A DNA stretch of 64,000 nucleotides from an uncultured Pelagibacteraceae bacterium (GCA_902610655.1 CACLWL010000005.1:10121-74120), one strand, 5' to 3'; positions 28,625 to 40,886 are shown, numbered from the stretch's first letter. The notes: generated from the sequence alone by a model not told the origin. Translations and numbers: made by a program.

Positions 28625-29997
28625 TTGAAATTAAAAAAGAAAAAACATTTTTAAGTAGTATAAAATTTTACCAAGACATAAGAATGTTAAAAATTTTTCT
28701 ACTTGGAGCTATAAGTGGTTTTCCTTGGGTAATTATCGGAAGTAGTTTAAGTTTATGGTTAAAAGAAGAAGGCTTATCAAGATCTACAATTGGATGGGCT
28801 GGTTTAATTTTTGCTGTCTATGCTTTTAATTATTTCTGGGCGCCATTAATTGACAGAGTCCGAATACCTATTTTAACAAAAAAAATCGGCCATAGAAAAT
28901 CTTGGATTTTTTTAATGCAAATAATAATTTTACTTGGATTAATATTCTGGAGCTTTATAAATCCTTTGCAGAATTTGAACTTGGTCATTGGGGCGGGATT
29001 AATAATTGCACTAGCTTCCGCGACACAAGATATAACAGTTGACGCTTTAAGAATAGAACAAATACAAAAAGATGAAAAAGAAGCTATGGCTGCAGGAGCA
29101 GCTATAGCAGTCGTTGGTTGGTGGTCAGGTTATAAATTAGGAGGTGTTATTGCTCTTACATTGGCAGATTATTTAGAAAATTTAGGTCTAGAAAATTACT
29201 GGCAAATATCTTTTTTGGGCCTAGGAGTAATTGTAATTTTATTAAATATTGGAATTTTATTTATAAATGAACGAAATTTTTTAAATATCAAAAATTCACA
29301 TCTTGAATTAGATAAAAAAATTTTACAAAAATTGAATTATAATAATTTATTTACTAAATTTTTAGCTTGGATATCCTCAACAATTTCAGGACCTTTAATG
29401 AGTTTTTTTAAAAACAATGGAAAAGGAATAGCTATTGGAATTATAAGTTTTATTTTTCTTTTTAAAATAGGAGAAGCTTTTTTAGGAAGAATGTCAGTGA
29501 TTTTTTATAAGGAAATTGGTTTTTCAAAATCTGACATAGCCCTTTATTCAAAAACTTTTGGATGGATCACAACAGTTATCTTCACACTATTAGGTGGTAT
29601 GTTCGCGATTAGGTCTGGTGTTATTAAGTCAATGTTTTTAGCTGGAATATTGATGGCATTAACAAACGTTCTTTTTTCCTTTTTAGCATGGAGCGATAAA
29701 TCTTATTTATTATTTGCGATTGCTGTAATTTTAGATGATATGGCTGCCGCTTTTGCTACTGTAGCATTTGTTGCCTTTATATCCTTGTTGGTTGACAGAA
29801 ATTACACCGCTACTCAATACGCTCTTCTTGCTTCTTTAGGAACAGCTGGAAGAACAACGCTTGCATCTTCTTCTGGAGCTTTGGTTGATTGGTTAAATGG
29901 TGATTGGGGAATATTTTTTATAATTACAGCTATGATGGTAATTCCATCACTTGTTCTTCTTTATATAATAAAAAGTAAAATTAAACTAAATGACTGA
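28621..29997 (+). CDS. ampG: AmpG muropeptide MFS permease
   Basis: LG..SGFP, WAPLID, SATQDI.VDA.RIE, TATQYALL; ATG at 28621 gives an ATGA overlap with trkH. Confidence 0.9.
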   Translation: MIEIKKEKTFLSSIKFYQDIRMLKIFLLGAISGFPWVIIGSSLSLWLKEEGLSRSTIGWAGLIFAVYAFNYFWAPLIDRVRIPILTKKIGHRKSWIFLMQIIILLGLIFWSFINPLQNLNLVIGAGLIIALASATQDITVDALRIEQIQKDEKEAMAAGAAIAVVGWWSGYKLGGVIALTLADYLENLGLENYWQISFLGLGVIVILLNIGILFINERNFLNIKNSHLELDKKILQKLNYNNLFTKFLAWISSTISGPLMSFFKNNGKGIAIGIISFIFLFKIGEAFLGRMSVIFYKEIGFSKSDIALYSKTFGWITTVIFTLLGGMFAIRSGVIKSMFLAGILMALTNVLFSFLAWSDKSYLLFAIAVILDDMAAAFATVAFVAFISLLVDRNYTATQYALLASLGTAGRTTLASSSGALVDWLNGDWGIFFIITAMMVIPSLVLLYIIKSKIKLND

Positions 29998-30721
29998 ATT
30001 GTATTCAACCTCAATAATAAGGAATATTTATAAAAGACCATCAACTAATTCTGAAGTAAGTAGTCAGATTATTTATGGTGAAAAAGTTCGGGTTCTTAGG
30101 ACCAAAAATAAATGGATAAAAATTAGAACACTAAATGATAATTATTCTGGTTATATTAAAAAAGAAAAACTAAAAAGAAAATTAAAAATAATATTCAAAA
30201 CTAGTAAATTAAAAACTAGAATATTTTCTCAAAATAAAACAAAAGACTTTCTTACATTCAACAGTAGACTGCCTGTATTAAGTAAAAGAAAAAATTTTAT
30301 AGAATTTGAAAAAGGTAAGTGGATTAAAAAAAAAGATCTTAAACCAATAAATCATAAAGAAGTAAATTTTGTGAAAATTCTAAATTACTTTAGAAACTGT
30401 AGATATATATGGGGAGGTAAATCCTTTAAAGGGATAGATTGCTCCGCTCTTATCCAATTATTTTATTTATATAATAACAAATTTTTCCCAAGAGATACAA
30501 AAGATCAAATATTATTTAAAAAGGGGAAAAAAAAAATAATTGATTTTTCAAAAGGTGATATTATTTACTGGAAAGGTCATGTTGCTATTTGTTTAAATAA
30601 AAAAAGACTAATTCATGCTTATGGACCAAAAAAAAAGGTGCTGATAATGGATATAAAAAAAACAATTAAATTAATTAATGAAACCACAAAGCTAAAAGTC
30701 AAAAAAATTATAAAAATTTAA
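29990..30721 (+). CDS. SH3b + NlpC/P60 peptidase (YkfC-like, no signal peptide)
   Basis: SQ..YGE SH3-like N-terminus; Y.WGG, GIDCS, PRD, GHVAI, IHA catalytic Cys-His-His. Confidence 0.88.
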   Translation: MTELYSTSIIRNIYKRPSTNSEVSSQIIYGEKVRVLRTKNKWIKIRTLNDNYSGYIKKEKLKRKLKIIFKTSKLKTRIFSQNKTKDFLTFNSRLPVLSKRKNFIEFEKGKWIKKKDLKPINHKEVNFVKILNYFRNCRYIWGGKSFKGIDCSALIQLFYLYNNKFFPRDTKDQILFKKGKKKIIDFSKGDIIYWKGHVAICLNKKRLIHAYGPKKKVLIMDIKKTIKLINETTKLKVKKIIKI

Positions 30722-30725
30722 AAAT

Positions 30726-32258
30726 ATGAACCTGGAAGAAAAATTTAATATTTTAGTAAATAAAATGAAAACTGGTCATTACGAGGAAGTAATTTTTGAA
30801 ACTAATTATTTAATTAAAAAATTCCCAAAACAAGAGGCATTATATAATCTTTTGGCTTTAACATATCAGGCAAAAGGAGAATATGATAAATCAATTGATC
30901 TATTAAGTGATGCGTTAAAAAGAAGTAAAGATAACACAAATTTTTTAAATAATATTGGATTGGGGTATTACAAAAAAAAAGATTATATAAAAGCGGAAGA
31001 TTATTTTAATAGGGTTTTAAAAATAAATCCAAGATTTATCAATACAATTAATAACCTTGCCGGTTTATATGATGAGATTAATAATTCAGAAGAATGTGAA
31101 AAACTTTATTTAAGAGCATTGAGCATTAACGAAAATGTTTTAGAAACAAATTTCAACTATGCCTGCTTTCTTAAAAATTCAGGAAAATATGAAGATGCTG
31201 AAAAATATTTCTATAAAACCTTAAATATAAATAAAAATTTTACTAAAGCTGACAAAAATTTATCCACTTTAAAAAAATATAATAAAAACGATGAATATAT
31301 AAAATTATTAGAGGAAAAAATAAAAAATAAAAACCTTCATAAATTGGAAATTAAAGAGTTAGCTTTTGCATTAGGAAAAATATACGAAGATACTGGGGAA
31401 TATGAAAAATCATATAAACAAATAAAAAAAGCCAATGAAATAAAAAAGGAATTTACGAAATTTAATATTGAGAATGAGATAAAATTTTTTGAAAAAATAA
31501 AAGAATTTCAAAAAAAGTTGAAAAGTAATAAATTTTTTGAAAATACGAATAAAAAAAAAATGATATTTGTTCTGGGAATGCCACGAACTGGAACTTCTTT
31601 AGTGGAACAAATTTTATCAAGCCACGATAAAGTCTATGGTGCTGGGGAACTGCCACTTTTGGATACTTACCTAAAAAATATAATAAATAATTATAATGAA
31701 ATTACTAATTTAGAGGAAGTGCTTACAAAATATAGAGAAAGTTATTTAGATATAATTAAAAAAATGACGAAACTGGATATTATAACAGATAAAGCGCCAC
31801 TTAATTTTAGATATATTGGATTAATTAAAATCATGTTTCCAAATTCGGTTATAATTCATTGTAAAAGGAATGCATTAGAAAATAGTTGGTCAATATATAA
31901 GAACGACTTTTCGGGTATGTTATTTTCCAATGATATAAATGACTTAGCAAAATACTATAAGATTTACCAAAACCTAATGGTTTTTTGGAAAAGTTATTTT
32001 GAGCAAGACATTTATGATCTTGAATATGAAGATTTAATTAATAATTCAGAAAATAAGATAAAAGAAATTATCAATTTGTGTGGGTTAGAATGGCAAGATA
32101 AATGTTTAGAGTTTTATAATAATAAAAGATTGATAAAAACTGTTAGCTTTAATCAAGCCAGACAACCTATTTATAAAAATTCTCTAAAAGGAACTGCGAA
32201 ATTCAAAAATTATATTCAGGACTTAGAGAAAGCATTATCTTCTTCCAAAGTCAGGTAA
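30726..32258 (+). CDS. TPR-repeat sulfotransferase family protein
   Basis: N-terminal TPR repeats (LYNLLA, FLNNIG, TINNLA, NFNYA); GMPRTGTSLVEQILSSH PAPS-binding loop; DK.P.N; T.S..Q.RQPIY. Confidence 0.88.
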   Translation: MNLEEKFNILVNKMKTGHYEEVIFETNYLIKKFPKQEALYNLLALTYQAKGEYDKSIDLLSDALKRSKDNTNFLNNIGLGYYKKKDYIKAEDYFNRVLKINPRFINTINNLAGLYDEINNSEECEKLYLRALSINENVLETNFNYACFLKNSGKYEDAEKYFYKTLNINKNFTKADKNLSTLKKYNKNDEYIKLLEEKIKNKNLHKLEIKELAFALGKIYEDTGEYEKSYKQIKKANEIKKEFTKFNIENEIKFFEKIKEFQKKLKSNKFFENTNKKKMIFVLGMPRTGTSLVEQILSSHDKVYGAGELPLLDTYLKNIINNYNEITNLEEVLTKYRESYLDIIKKMTKLDIITDKAPLNFRYIGLIKIMFPNSVIIHCKRNALENSWSIYKNDFSGMLFSNDINDLAKYYKIYQNLMVFWKSYFEQDIYDLEYEDLINNSENKIKEIINLCGLEWQDKCLEFYNNKRLIKTVSFNQARQPIYKNSLKGTAKFKNYIQDLEKALSSSKVR

Positions 32259-33134
32259 ATTTACATCTTGTTTTGAGGAAATTATCTTTTTCCGAATTTT
32301 TTTTGAGTCTTTCATTATTTTAATTAATTTTTTTTCGTTTTTCATATTAATTAATCTTTTGAACTCACGCATATTATTCATAAAAAGATCAATGCCTTTA
32401 ATGATATTTTCTTTATTGTTTAAAAAAATATCTTTCCACATAACTTCATTTGAGGCAGCTGTTCTAGTAAAATCTCTTAAACCTCCAGCGCTAAATTTTA
32501 CAATATTAGATTTTTTTTTCTTTTCAAAATTCATTGCAGTTTTAACCATATTATAAGCAACCAGATGTGGTATATGACTTGTAATTGAAAAAATATGGTC
32601 ATGCTCTTTTGAGTTCATAAAAACAATTTTACTTCCGATTTTACTCCAAAACTTTGATATTATTTGTATGTGTTTTTTTTTTGTATTTTTATCTTTAATT
32701 AAAACACACCATTTATTTAAAAATAAATTTTCATCACCAAATTTAGGACCACTAACCTCAGAACCTGCTATTGGATGGCTTGAAATCCAATTAACTTTTT
32801 TTCCAATATTAATTTTTATATTTTTTAAAATTTTTTCTTTGGATGATCCAACATCTGTAAAGATAGTATTTCTGCCAATATATTTATCAAATTTTTTTAA
32901 AATTTTAGTATATTCACTTAAATGCGTACAAAAAATTATCATATCTAAATTAGGAATTTGTGTTTTAGGATCTTTCAAAATTTCGCACTTTAATTTTAGT
33001 TTTTTAATTTGCTTAATATGACTATTTGATTTTTCTAAAATATAAACTTTTTTTGATATTTTTTTTTTTATTGAGGCCCTCAAAATTGAGGAGCCAATCA
33101 ATCCACATCCAACAATTAAAATTTTATTAAACAT
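32235..33134 (-). CDS. tyrA: Prephenate/arogenate (cyclohexadienyl) dehydrogenase
   Basis: GCGLIG, TDVGSSK, HPIAGSE, HD...TSH.PH, AGGLRDFTR.A. Confidence 0.93.
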   Translation of the reverse strand: MFNKILIVGCGLIGSSILRASIKKKISKKVYILEKSNSHIKQIKKLKLKCEILKDPKTQIPNLDMIIFCTHLSEYTKILKKFDKYIGRNTIFTDVGSSKEKILKNIKINIGKKVNWISSHPIAGSEVSGPKFGDENLFLNKWCVLIKDKNTKKKHIQIISKFWSKIGSKIVFMNSKEHDHIFSITSHIPHLVAYNMVKTAMNFEKKKKSNIVKFSAGGLRDFTRTAASNEVMWKDIFLNNKENIIKGIDLFMNNMREFKRLINMKNEKKLIKIMKDSKKIRKKIISSKQDVNLPDFGRR

Positions 33135-34218
33135 TTTTAAATATTTTTTTTAATTCGCTCAGAAATAATTGATTTTCTGAGTTATTTCCAATTGTTAATC
33201 TTAAATGATTATCAATTCCATATGAATTCATTTCTCTAAGTATAATACCTCTTTTTTCTAATTTTTTTTCAAATGCTACTGCTGATAATTTGCAATGATT
33301 AAAACTTAACAAAAGAAAATTAGCACTAATTTTATTTGAGTAAATATCAAATTGTTCTAGATTCTTTTTAATTTTTTTACTCCAATACAAGTTATGTTTT
33401 ATTGATTTATTAATAAATTTATTATCCTTTAACGCTTCTATTGCACATAATTGTGCGATTTCATTAACATTAAATGGTGGTTTAATAAAATTCAAAGCAT
33501 CTATAATTTTTTTATCACCATATCCCCATCCAATTCTTAAAGCTGCCAATCCATAAATTTTTGAAAATGTTCTTAATATAAAAACATTTTTAGAATTTTT
33601 GAAAATTTTCAAGCCTGATGCATAATTTTGATCTTTCATGTATTCATAATATGCATCGTCTATTACTAGCAAAATATCTTTTCTTAATCTTTTTCTTAAA
33701 CTAATTAATTCATTTTTATATAAATACGTACCTGTGGGATTGTTAGGATTCGCCAGGAAAACGATTTTAGTTTTTTTGTTTACTTTTTTAATTATGTTAT
33801 CAACCGAGATCTTATAATTTTTTTCTTTCGAAAAAAGAACTTTAGCTCCTGATATAGATGCATAAATCCTATACATTAAAAAACTAAATTCTGGAACAAT
33901 GACATGATCTCCTTTTGCCAAAAATAGTTGGCACAGCATTTGAATAATCTCATCTGATCCAGATCCACAAATTACTTTATTCGAGTCACATTTAAATTTA
34001 GTTGAAATTTGCTTTCTTAATAACTTTGAAGTGTAATCTGGATATTTTGAAGTGCTAATATTATTTCTTAAAATTGCTTTTACCTTTGGACTTGCGCCTA
34101 ACGCAGACTCATTTGCTGACAATTTAATTATTTTTCTTTTTTCTTTTAAACTGGGTATTTCATATTTTCCTGGTTTATATGATTTAAATTTAAGCTCTTT
34201 GAATTTCGTTAATTTCAT
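33127..34218 (-). CDS. hisC: Histidinol-phosphate aminotransferase
   Basis: KLSANE, GSDE, NPNNPTG, D.AY.EY, RTFSK.YGLA.LR.G. Confidence 0.94.
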   Translation of the reverse strand: MKLTKFKELKFKSYKPGKYEIPSLKEKRKIIKLSANESALGASPKVKAILRNNISTSKYPDYTSKLLRKQISTKFKCDSNKVICGSGSDEIIQMLCQLFLAKGDHVIVPEFSFLMYRIYASISGAKVLFSKEKNYKISVDNIIKKVNKKTKIVFLANPNNPTGTYLYKNELISLRKRLRKDILLVIDDAYYEYMKDQNYASGLKIFKNSKNVFILRTFSKIYGLAALRIGWGYGDKKIIDALNFIKPPFNVNEIAQLCAIEALKDNKFINKSIKHNLYWSKKIKKNLEQFDIYSNKISANFLLLSFNHCKLSAVAFEKKLEKRGIILREMNSYGIDNHLRLTIGNNSENQLFLSELKKIFKNV

Positions 34219-34291
34219 AATTAAATATTTTTCTGGTATATATAATTAATTCATAATTTATTTAAATTAAATAATTAAAATTCTTTAAAAT

Positions 34292-34320
34292 TTGACATAT
34301 AAAAATCAATAATGTAAACA
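34292..34320 (+). promoter_or_regulatory. Putative sigma70 promoter of metXW
   Basis: TTGACA at 34292-34297, 17-bp spacer, TAAACA; the predicted start site falls at the 5' edge of the riboswitch. Confidence 0.55.
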
Positions 34321-34325
34321 TTATT

Positions 34326-34379
34326 TGCGCTGATTTAAACTGAATTGCGAGCGCTTAAAAAAAACCGCTAAATAAGTTT
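34326..34379 (+). ncRNA. SAM-II (SAM-alpha) riboswitch upstream of metX
   Basis: GCGCTGATTT-AAACTGAATTGCG-AGCGC...CGCTAAATAAG matches the SAM-II core. P1 GCGCT/AGCGC; P2b TTGCG with CGC(T)AA; P2a AAACT/AGTTT. It sits upstream of a methionine biosynthesis gene. Confidence 0.9.
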
Positions 34380-34406
34380 TTTTTCTCCAATTCATCAGCA
34401 ATAAAT

Positions 34407-35528
34407 ATGAATAAATTTAATAATATAAAAAAAATTATTGTTAAAAAACCACTAAAATTAGATTGTGGTCAGACAATTAATAATTTTCCGTTGGCTTATG
34501 AAACCTACGGAAAATTAAACGATAAAAAAAATAATGCTATATTAATTTTTCACGCATTAACTGGTGACCAATTTGCTTCTGGGATAAATCCAATTACCGA
34601 AAAAGATGGTTGGTGGAGTAATGCCCTTGGTCCTGGAAAAGCTATCGATACTGATAAATATTTTATAATTGCTGCAAATGTTATAGGTGGCTGTATGGGT
34701 TCTTTTGGACCAAGTGATATAAATCCTGATACTAAGAAACCTTACGGAACAAATTTTCCCGTACTAACTATTAACGATATGGTTAATGCTCAATATAATC
34801 TTTTAGAACATTTCAAGATTGAAAAGTTATTTAGTGTGATTGGGGGATCCATGGGTGGAATGCAAGTACTTCAATTTGTATCAAATTTTCCAAATAAAGC
34901 TTTTACAGCAATTCCAATTGCATGTACCGCAAGTCATTCAGCTCAAAATATTGCTCTAAATGAACTTGGAAGACAATCAATAATGGCAGACAGAAATTGG
35001 GAAGATGGATTTTATGAAGAAAAAAAAAAACAGCCAGATAAAGGTCTCGCTGTAGCAAGAATGGCAGCTCATATAACTTATTTATCTAAAGCTGGTCTTC
35101 AAGAAAAATTTGGAAGAAAGTTGCAAGAAAGAGATGATTTAAAATTCAGTTTTGATGCTGACTTTCAAATAGAGAGCTATTTGAGATATCAAGGTTCAGT
35201 TTTTGTAGATAGGTTTGATGCGAACAGCTATTTGTATATTACAAGGGCAATGGATTATTTTGACTTAACAAAAAGGTTTGATGGAAATTTATCAAAAGCT
35301 TTTGAAAATAGTGATACAAGATTTTTTATTATATCATTTACCTCAGATTGGCTTTATCCAACCTCCGAAAATAGAGAGATTGTGATTGCTCTTAATGCAA
35401 TTGGTAAAAATGTTGGATTTGTTGAAATTTCATCTGATAAAGGACATGACTCTTTTTTACTTGATGTTCCAGACTTCCTTAATACAGTTAAAAATTTTTT
35501 AAATACTTCTTATAAGAAAATTAAATGA
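34407..35528 (+). CDS. metX: Homoserine O-acyltransferase MetX
   Basis: LAYETYG.LN, HALTGD, N.IGGC.GS, GGSMGGMQ, RFDANSYL, GHDSFL. Confidence 0.96.
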   Translation: MNKFNNIKKIIVKKPLKLDCGQTINNFPLAYETYGKLNDKKNNAILIFHALTGDQFASGINPITEKDGWWSNALGPGKAIDTDKYFIIAANVIGGCMGSFGPSDINPDTKKPYGTNFPVLTINDMVNAQYNLLEHFKIEKLFSVIGGSMGGMQVLQFVSNFPNKAFTAIPIACTASHSAQNIALNELGRQSIMADRNWEDGFYEEKKKQPDKGLAVARMAAHITYLSKAGLQEKFGRKLQERDDLKFSFDADFQIESYLRYQGSVFVDRFDANSYLYITRAMDYFDLTKRFDGNLSKAFENSDTRFFIISFTSDWLYPTSENREIVIALNAIGKNVGFVEISSDKGHDSFLLDVPDFLNTVKNFLNTSYKKIK

Positions 35529-36079
35529 AAAAAGAATTTTATAGTATTGCTAAATTGTTGGAAAAAAATTCAAAAATTTTAGATGTAGGATGTGGAACTG
35601 GCGAACTAATGAAATATATTACAGAAAATATTAGTAATGACATAAGAGGAATTGAATTGTCTAAATCAAATGTCCAAAAATGTGTTGAAAAAGGCTTAAC
35701 AGTAATTGAGGGTGATGCAGAAAAAGATTTAAAACAATTTCCGGACAGTTCTTTTGAATTTGTAATTTTAAGTCAAACTTTACAAGCTTTTTTAGATCCT
35801 GAAAACGTTCTAAATGAGCTGTTAAGAATTGGTAAAAAAGCAGTTGTATCCATACCTAATTTTGGGCACTGGAAAGTTAGATTACATTTGCTTTTAAAAG
35901 GCACTATGCCAATAACAGAAAATTTACCAAACGAGTGGTATAACACACCAAACTTACATATGTGCTCGATTAAAGATTTTGAAAATTATTGTAAAAAAAG
36001 AGATATAAAAATTAATTTAAAAAACTTGAAAATTAAAAATTTTTTTTCTGAATTAGGTATTTTCATAATACAAAAATAA
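35525..36079 (+). CDS. metW: Methionine biosynthesis protein MetW
   Basis: LDVGCG.G, LSQTLQA, PNFGHW..R, WY.TPNLH; overlaps the metX stop. Confidence 0.93.
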   Translation: MKKEFYSIAKLLEKNSKILDVGCGTGELMKYITENISNDIRGIELSKSNVQKCVEKGLTVIEGDAEKDLKQFPDSSFEFVILSQTLQAFLDPENVLNELLRIGKKAVVSIPNFGHWKVRLHLLLKGTMPITENLPNEWYNTPNLHMCSIKDFENYCKKRDIKINLKNLKIKNFFSELGIFIIQK

Positions 36080-36080
36080 T

Positions 36081-36800
36081 ATGAAAGTTAAAATAATAAA
36101 TTGTCTTGAAGATAACTTTTCATATATACTAATTGATGAAAAAAGTTTAGATGCATGTGTAGTTGATCCAGGTGAAGCTCAACCAATATTAAAATATATA
36201 GAAAAAAATAAAATAAATTTAAAATATATTCTGAACACCCATCATCATCATGATCATATTGGTGGTAATAATATTTTAAAAAGCAAATTTGGCGCAAAGA
36301 TTCTTGCTTTTAAGGACGATAAAGAAAGAATTCCTAAGATTGATTTTTTTTTGGATGATAAACAGATTTGGAAAGATGGTCCATTCGAATTTAAAGTTAT
36401 TCATGTACCTGGACACACATCAGGTCATATTTGTTTTTCTTTTTTTAATGAAAAAATAATTTTTACAGGAGATACTTTATTCTCTTTAGGTTGTGGCAGG
36501 ATTTTTGAAGGAAGTTATAATGACATGTTTAACTCATTATCAAAATTAAAAAAATTGTCTCCAGAAACAAAAATATATTTTGGACATGAGTATACTTTAA
36601 ATAACTCTATTTTCTGTGACAAGTTTGATAAAAATAACTCTGAGCTTAAAATAAAAATTGCAAATATTAAGAAAAAATTAGATAAAGGCATGCCCACTGT
36701 TCCGTCTACTTTAAAAGAGGAATTAGATTGTAATATTTTTCTAAGAGCTAAAAACTTAAAAGAATTTTCAAAATTAAGGGATTTAAAGGATAATTTTTAA
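36081..36800 (+). CDS. gloB: Hydroxyacylglutathione hydrolase (glyoxalase II)
   Basis: THHH.DH.GG, PGHT.GH, FTGDTLF..GCGR.FEG, GHEYT, LR..KD.F. Confidence 0.95.
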   Translation: MKVKIINCLEDNFSYILIDEKSLDACVVDPGEAQPILKYIEKNKINLKYILNTHHHHDHIGGNNILKSKFGAKILAFKDDKERIPKIDFFLDDKQIWKDGPFEFKVIHVPGHTSGHICFSFFNEKIIFTGDTLFSLGCGRIFEGSYNDMFNSLSKLKKLSPETKIYFGHEYTLNNSIFCDKFDKNNSELKIKIANIKKKLDKGMPTVPSTLKEELDCNIFLRAKNLKEFSKLRDLKDNF

Positions 36801-36810
36801 TCGATATCAC

Positions 36811-36838
36811 TTGACTAAAAATACCGTATAACTATATT
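36811..36838 (+). promoter_or_regulatory. Putative sigma70 promoter of rplU-rpmA
   Basis: TTGACT at 36811, 16-bp spacer, TATATT at 36833. Confidence 0.5.
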
Positions 36839-36862
36839 GCAGCATAAATTAAAGATTATTTT

Positions 36863-37252
36863 ATGTCATTTGCAATCATACAAACTGGTGGAAAACAGTA
36901 CAAAGTAAAAGCTGGTGAAATCCTTAAAGTTGAAAAATTAATTGATAAAGAAAAAATTGAATTTAAAAATATACTTGCTTATGGAGATGAAAATAATGCA
37001 GAAGTTGGCTCACCTAAAATTGAAGGTGCTAAAGTTGAAGCTGAGATATTAAAAAATGGTAAAAATAGAACTGTACTAATTTTTAAAAAAAGAAGAAGAA
37101 AGAACTCAAGAAGAAAAAACGGACACAGACAAGAATTTTCATTAGTAAGAATAAACAAAATAATCGCTAAAGATGGAAAAGTTATATCTGAAGCGGCGAA
37201 AATGACAGAAAAGTCAAAAGAAAAGACTAAAAAAGAGAAAATTAAAGAGTAA
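36863..37252 (+). CDS. rplU: 50S ribosomal protein L21 with charged C-terminal extension
   Basis: AII.TGGKQYKV, FKKRRRK..RRK.GHRQ. Confidence 0.97.
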   Translation: MSFAIIQTGGKQYKVKAGEILKVEKLIDKEKIEFKNILAYGDENNAEVGSPKIEGAKVEAEILKNGKNRTVLIFKKRRRKNSRRKNGHRQEFSLVRINKIIAKDGKVISEAAKMTEKSKEKTKKEKIKE

Positions 37253-37268
37253 ATATACGGAATAGATT

Positions 37269-37523
37269 ATGGCAACAAAAAAAGCAGGTGGATCATCAAG
37301 GAACGGTAGAGATAGTGCTGGTAGAAGGCTTGGTGTCAAAATTTATGCTGGTCAAAAAGTAATACCAGGAAATATAATTGTTAGACAAAGAGGTACCAAA
37401 ATTTTCCCTGGTGAACATGTAGGTATGGGTAAAGACCACTCTATTTTTTCTAAAATAAAAGGAACTGTTGAGTATAAAAAAACTAAATCAGATAGAACAT
37501 TTGTATCTGTAAAGCCCAATTAA
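37269..37523 (+). CDS. rpmA: 50S ribosomal protein L27
   Basis: [32 protein letters not shown]. Confidence 0.98.
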   Translation: MATKKAGGSSRNGRDSAGRRLGVKIYAGQKVIPGNIIVRQRGTKIFPGEHVGMGKDHSIFSKIKGTVEYKKTKSDRTFVSVKPN

Positions 37524-37543
37524 TATACAACATATTAATTTAA

Positions 37544-39634
<2,091 letters not shown>

Positions 39635-39635
<1 letters not shown>

Positions 39636-40885
39636 TGAAAAAATATTTTGAGAGGCTTGGAAAAAAATCAAAAAAAGCTTTTGAAAAGAAAATAGACAAA
39701 GACACCAAAAATAGAGTTTTAACTAATTATGCATTATCAATTAATAAGTACCGAAAACTTATTTTATTGCAAAATAAAAAAGATATAGATTACGCAAAAA
39801 AAATTGGATTAAAATCTAATTTTATATCTAGATTAGAATTAGACTTAAATAAAATTAATGCAATTGTTAATTCAATTAAGTCAATATTAAAGTTAAAAGA
39901 TCCAACTAATAAAATTTTAGAACAGTGGAAAAGACCAAATGGACTTAAAATTAAAAAAGTTTCTGTCCCTATCGGAGTGATTGGTATAATTTATGAAAGT
40001 AGGCCAAATGTTACATCTGATGTATCATGTTTATGTTTTAAATCGGGTAATTGCGTTATTTTAAAAGGAGGTTCAGAGGCCTATTTTACTAATAAAATAT
40101 TATCTAACTTATTTAGAAGATCTCTTAAAATTTGTAAAGTTGATCCAAACTATGTGCAATTTATTAATATAAAAAATAGAAAAGTAGTAGATTATATGCT
40201 TTCAAAAATGACAAAATATATAGATATAATTATACCTAGAGGTGGAAAAAATCTGGTAAAAAAAGTTCAAGAGACATCTAAATTACCAGTTATTGGACAC
40301 CTAGAAGGATTATGTCATACTTACATCGATAAAAGTGCAAATTTAAATATGGCTTTAAAAGTAGTTTTAAATGCAAAATTAAGAAATACTGCTATTTGTG
40401 GCGCTACTGAAACCGTTTTATTAAATGAAAAATTATTAAAAAAATTTTCTAAAGCATTAATCACCAAACTAGAAAGTAATAAGTGTGTTGTTTATACTGA
40501 CAATAAAATTAGAAAAATTTATAAAGGAAATACTATTTTAGCATCTGAAAAAAATTGGAAAACAGAATATTTGGCGTCAAAAGTCTCCATCAAATCAGTT
40601 AAAGATGTAAACGAAGCTATAAGGCATATAAATAAATATGGGACAAAACATACTGATGCAATAATTTGTAGAAATAAAAGGACATCAGAGATTTTTTTAA
40701 AAAACGTAAAAAGTTCAATAACTATGCATAACACATCAACACAATTTGCTGATGGAGGCGAATTTGGTTTTGGAGCAGAGGTGGGAATATCAACAAACAA
40801 CTTACCTCCAAGGGGCCCTGTCGGACTAGGTCAACTCGTATCTTATAAATACGAAGTTTTTGGGACAGGGCAAATAAGAAAATAA
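39635..40885 (+). CDS. proA: Glutamate-5-semialdehyde dehydrogenase
   Basis: P.GVIGIIYESRPNVT, PRGG, G.CH.Y, ICGATE, FADGGEFG.GAE.GIST. Confidence 0.96.
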
Positions 40886-40886
40886 A

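Noticed and set aside
29990-30721. Extreme Lys richness in the NlpC/P60 protein, also AguA, ProA, NadD, TyrA and HisC, as a sign of foreign origin or DNA binding
   Set aside because: It also occurs in core genes and is explained by AT bias on weakly constrained residues.
34380-34406. Tandem SAM-V aptamer after the SAM-II riboswitch
   Set aside because: Only 27 nt remain before the ATG and no second GCUAAA-type core is present.
35990-36079. MetW looks slightly short near the C-terminus, possible pseudogene
   Set aside because: The frame is open, and the core motifs and terminal hydrophobic strand are intact.
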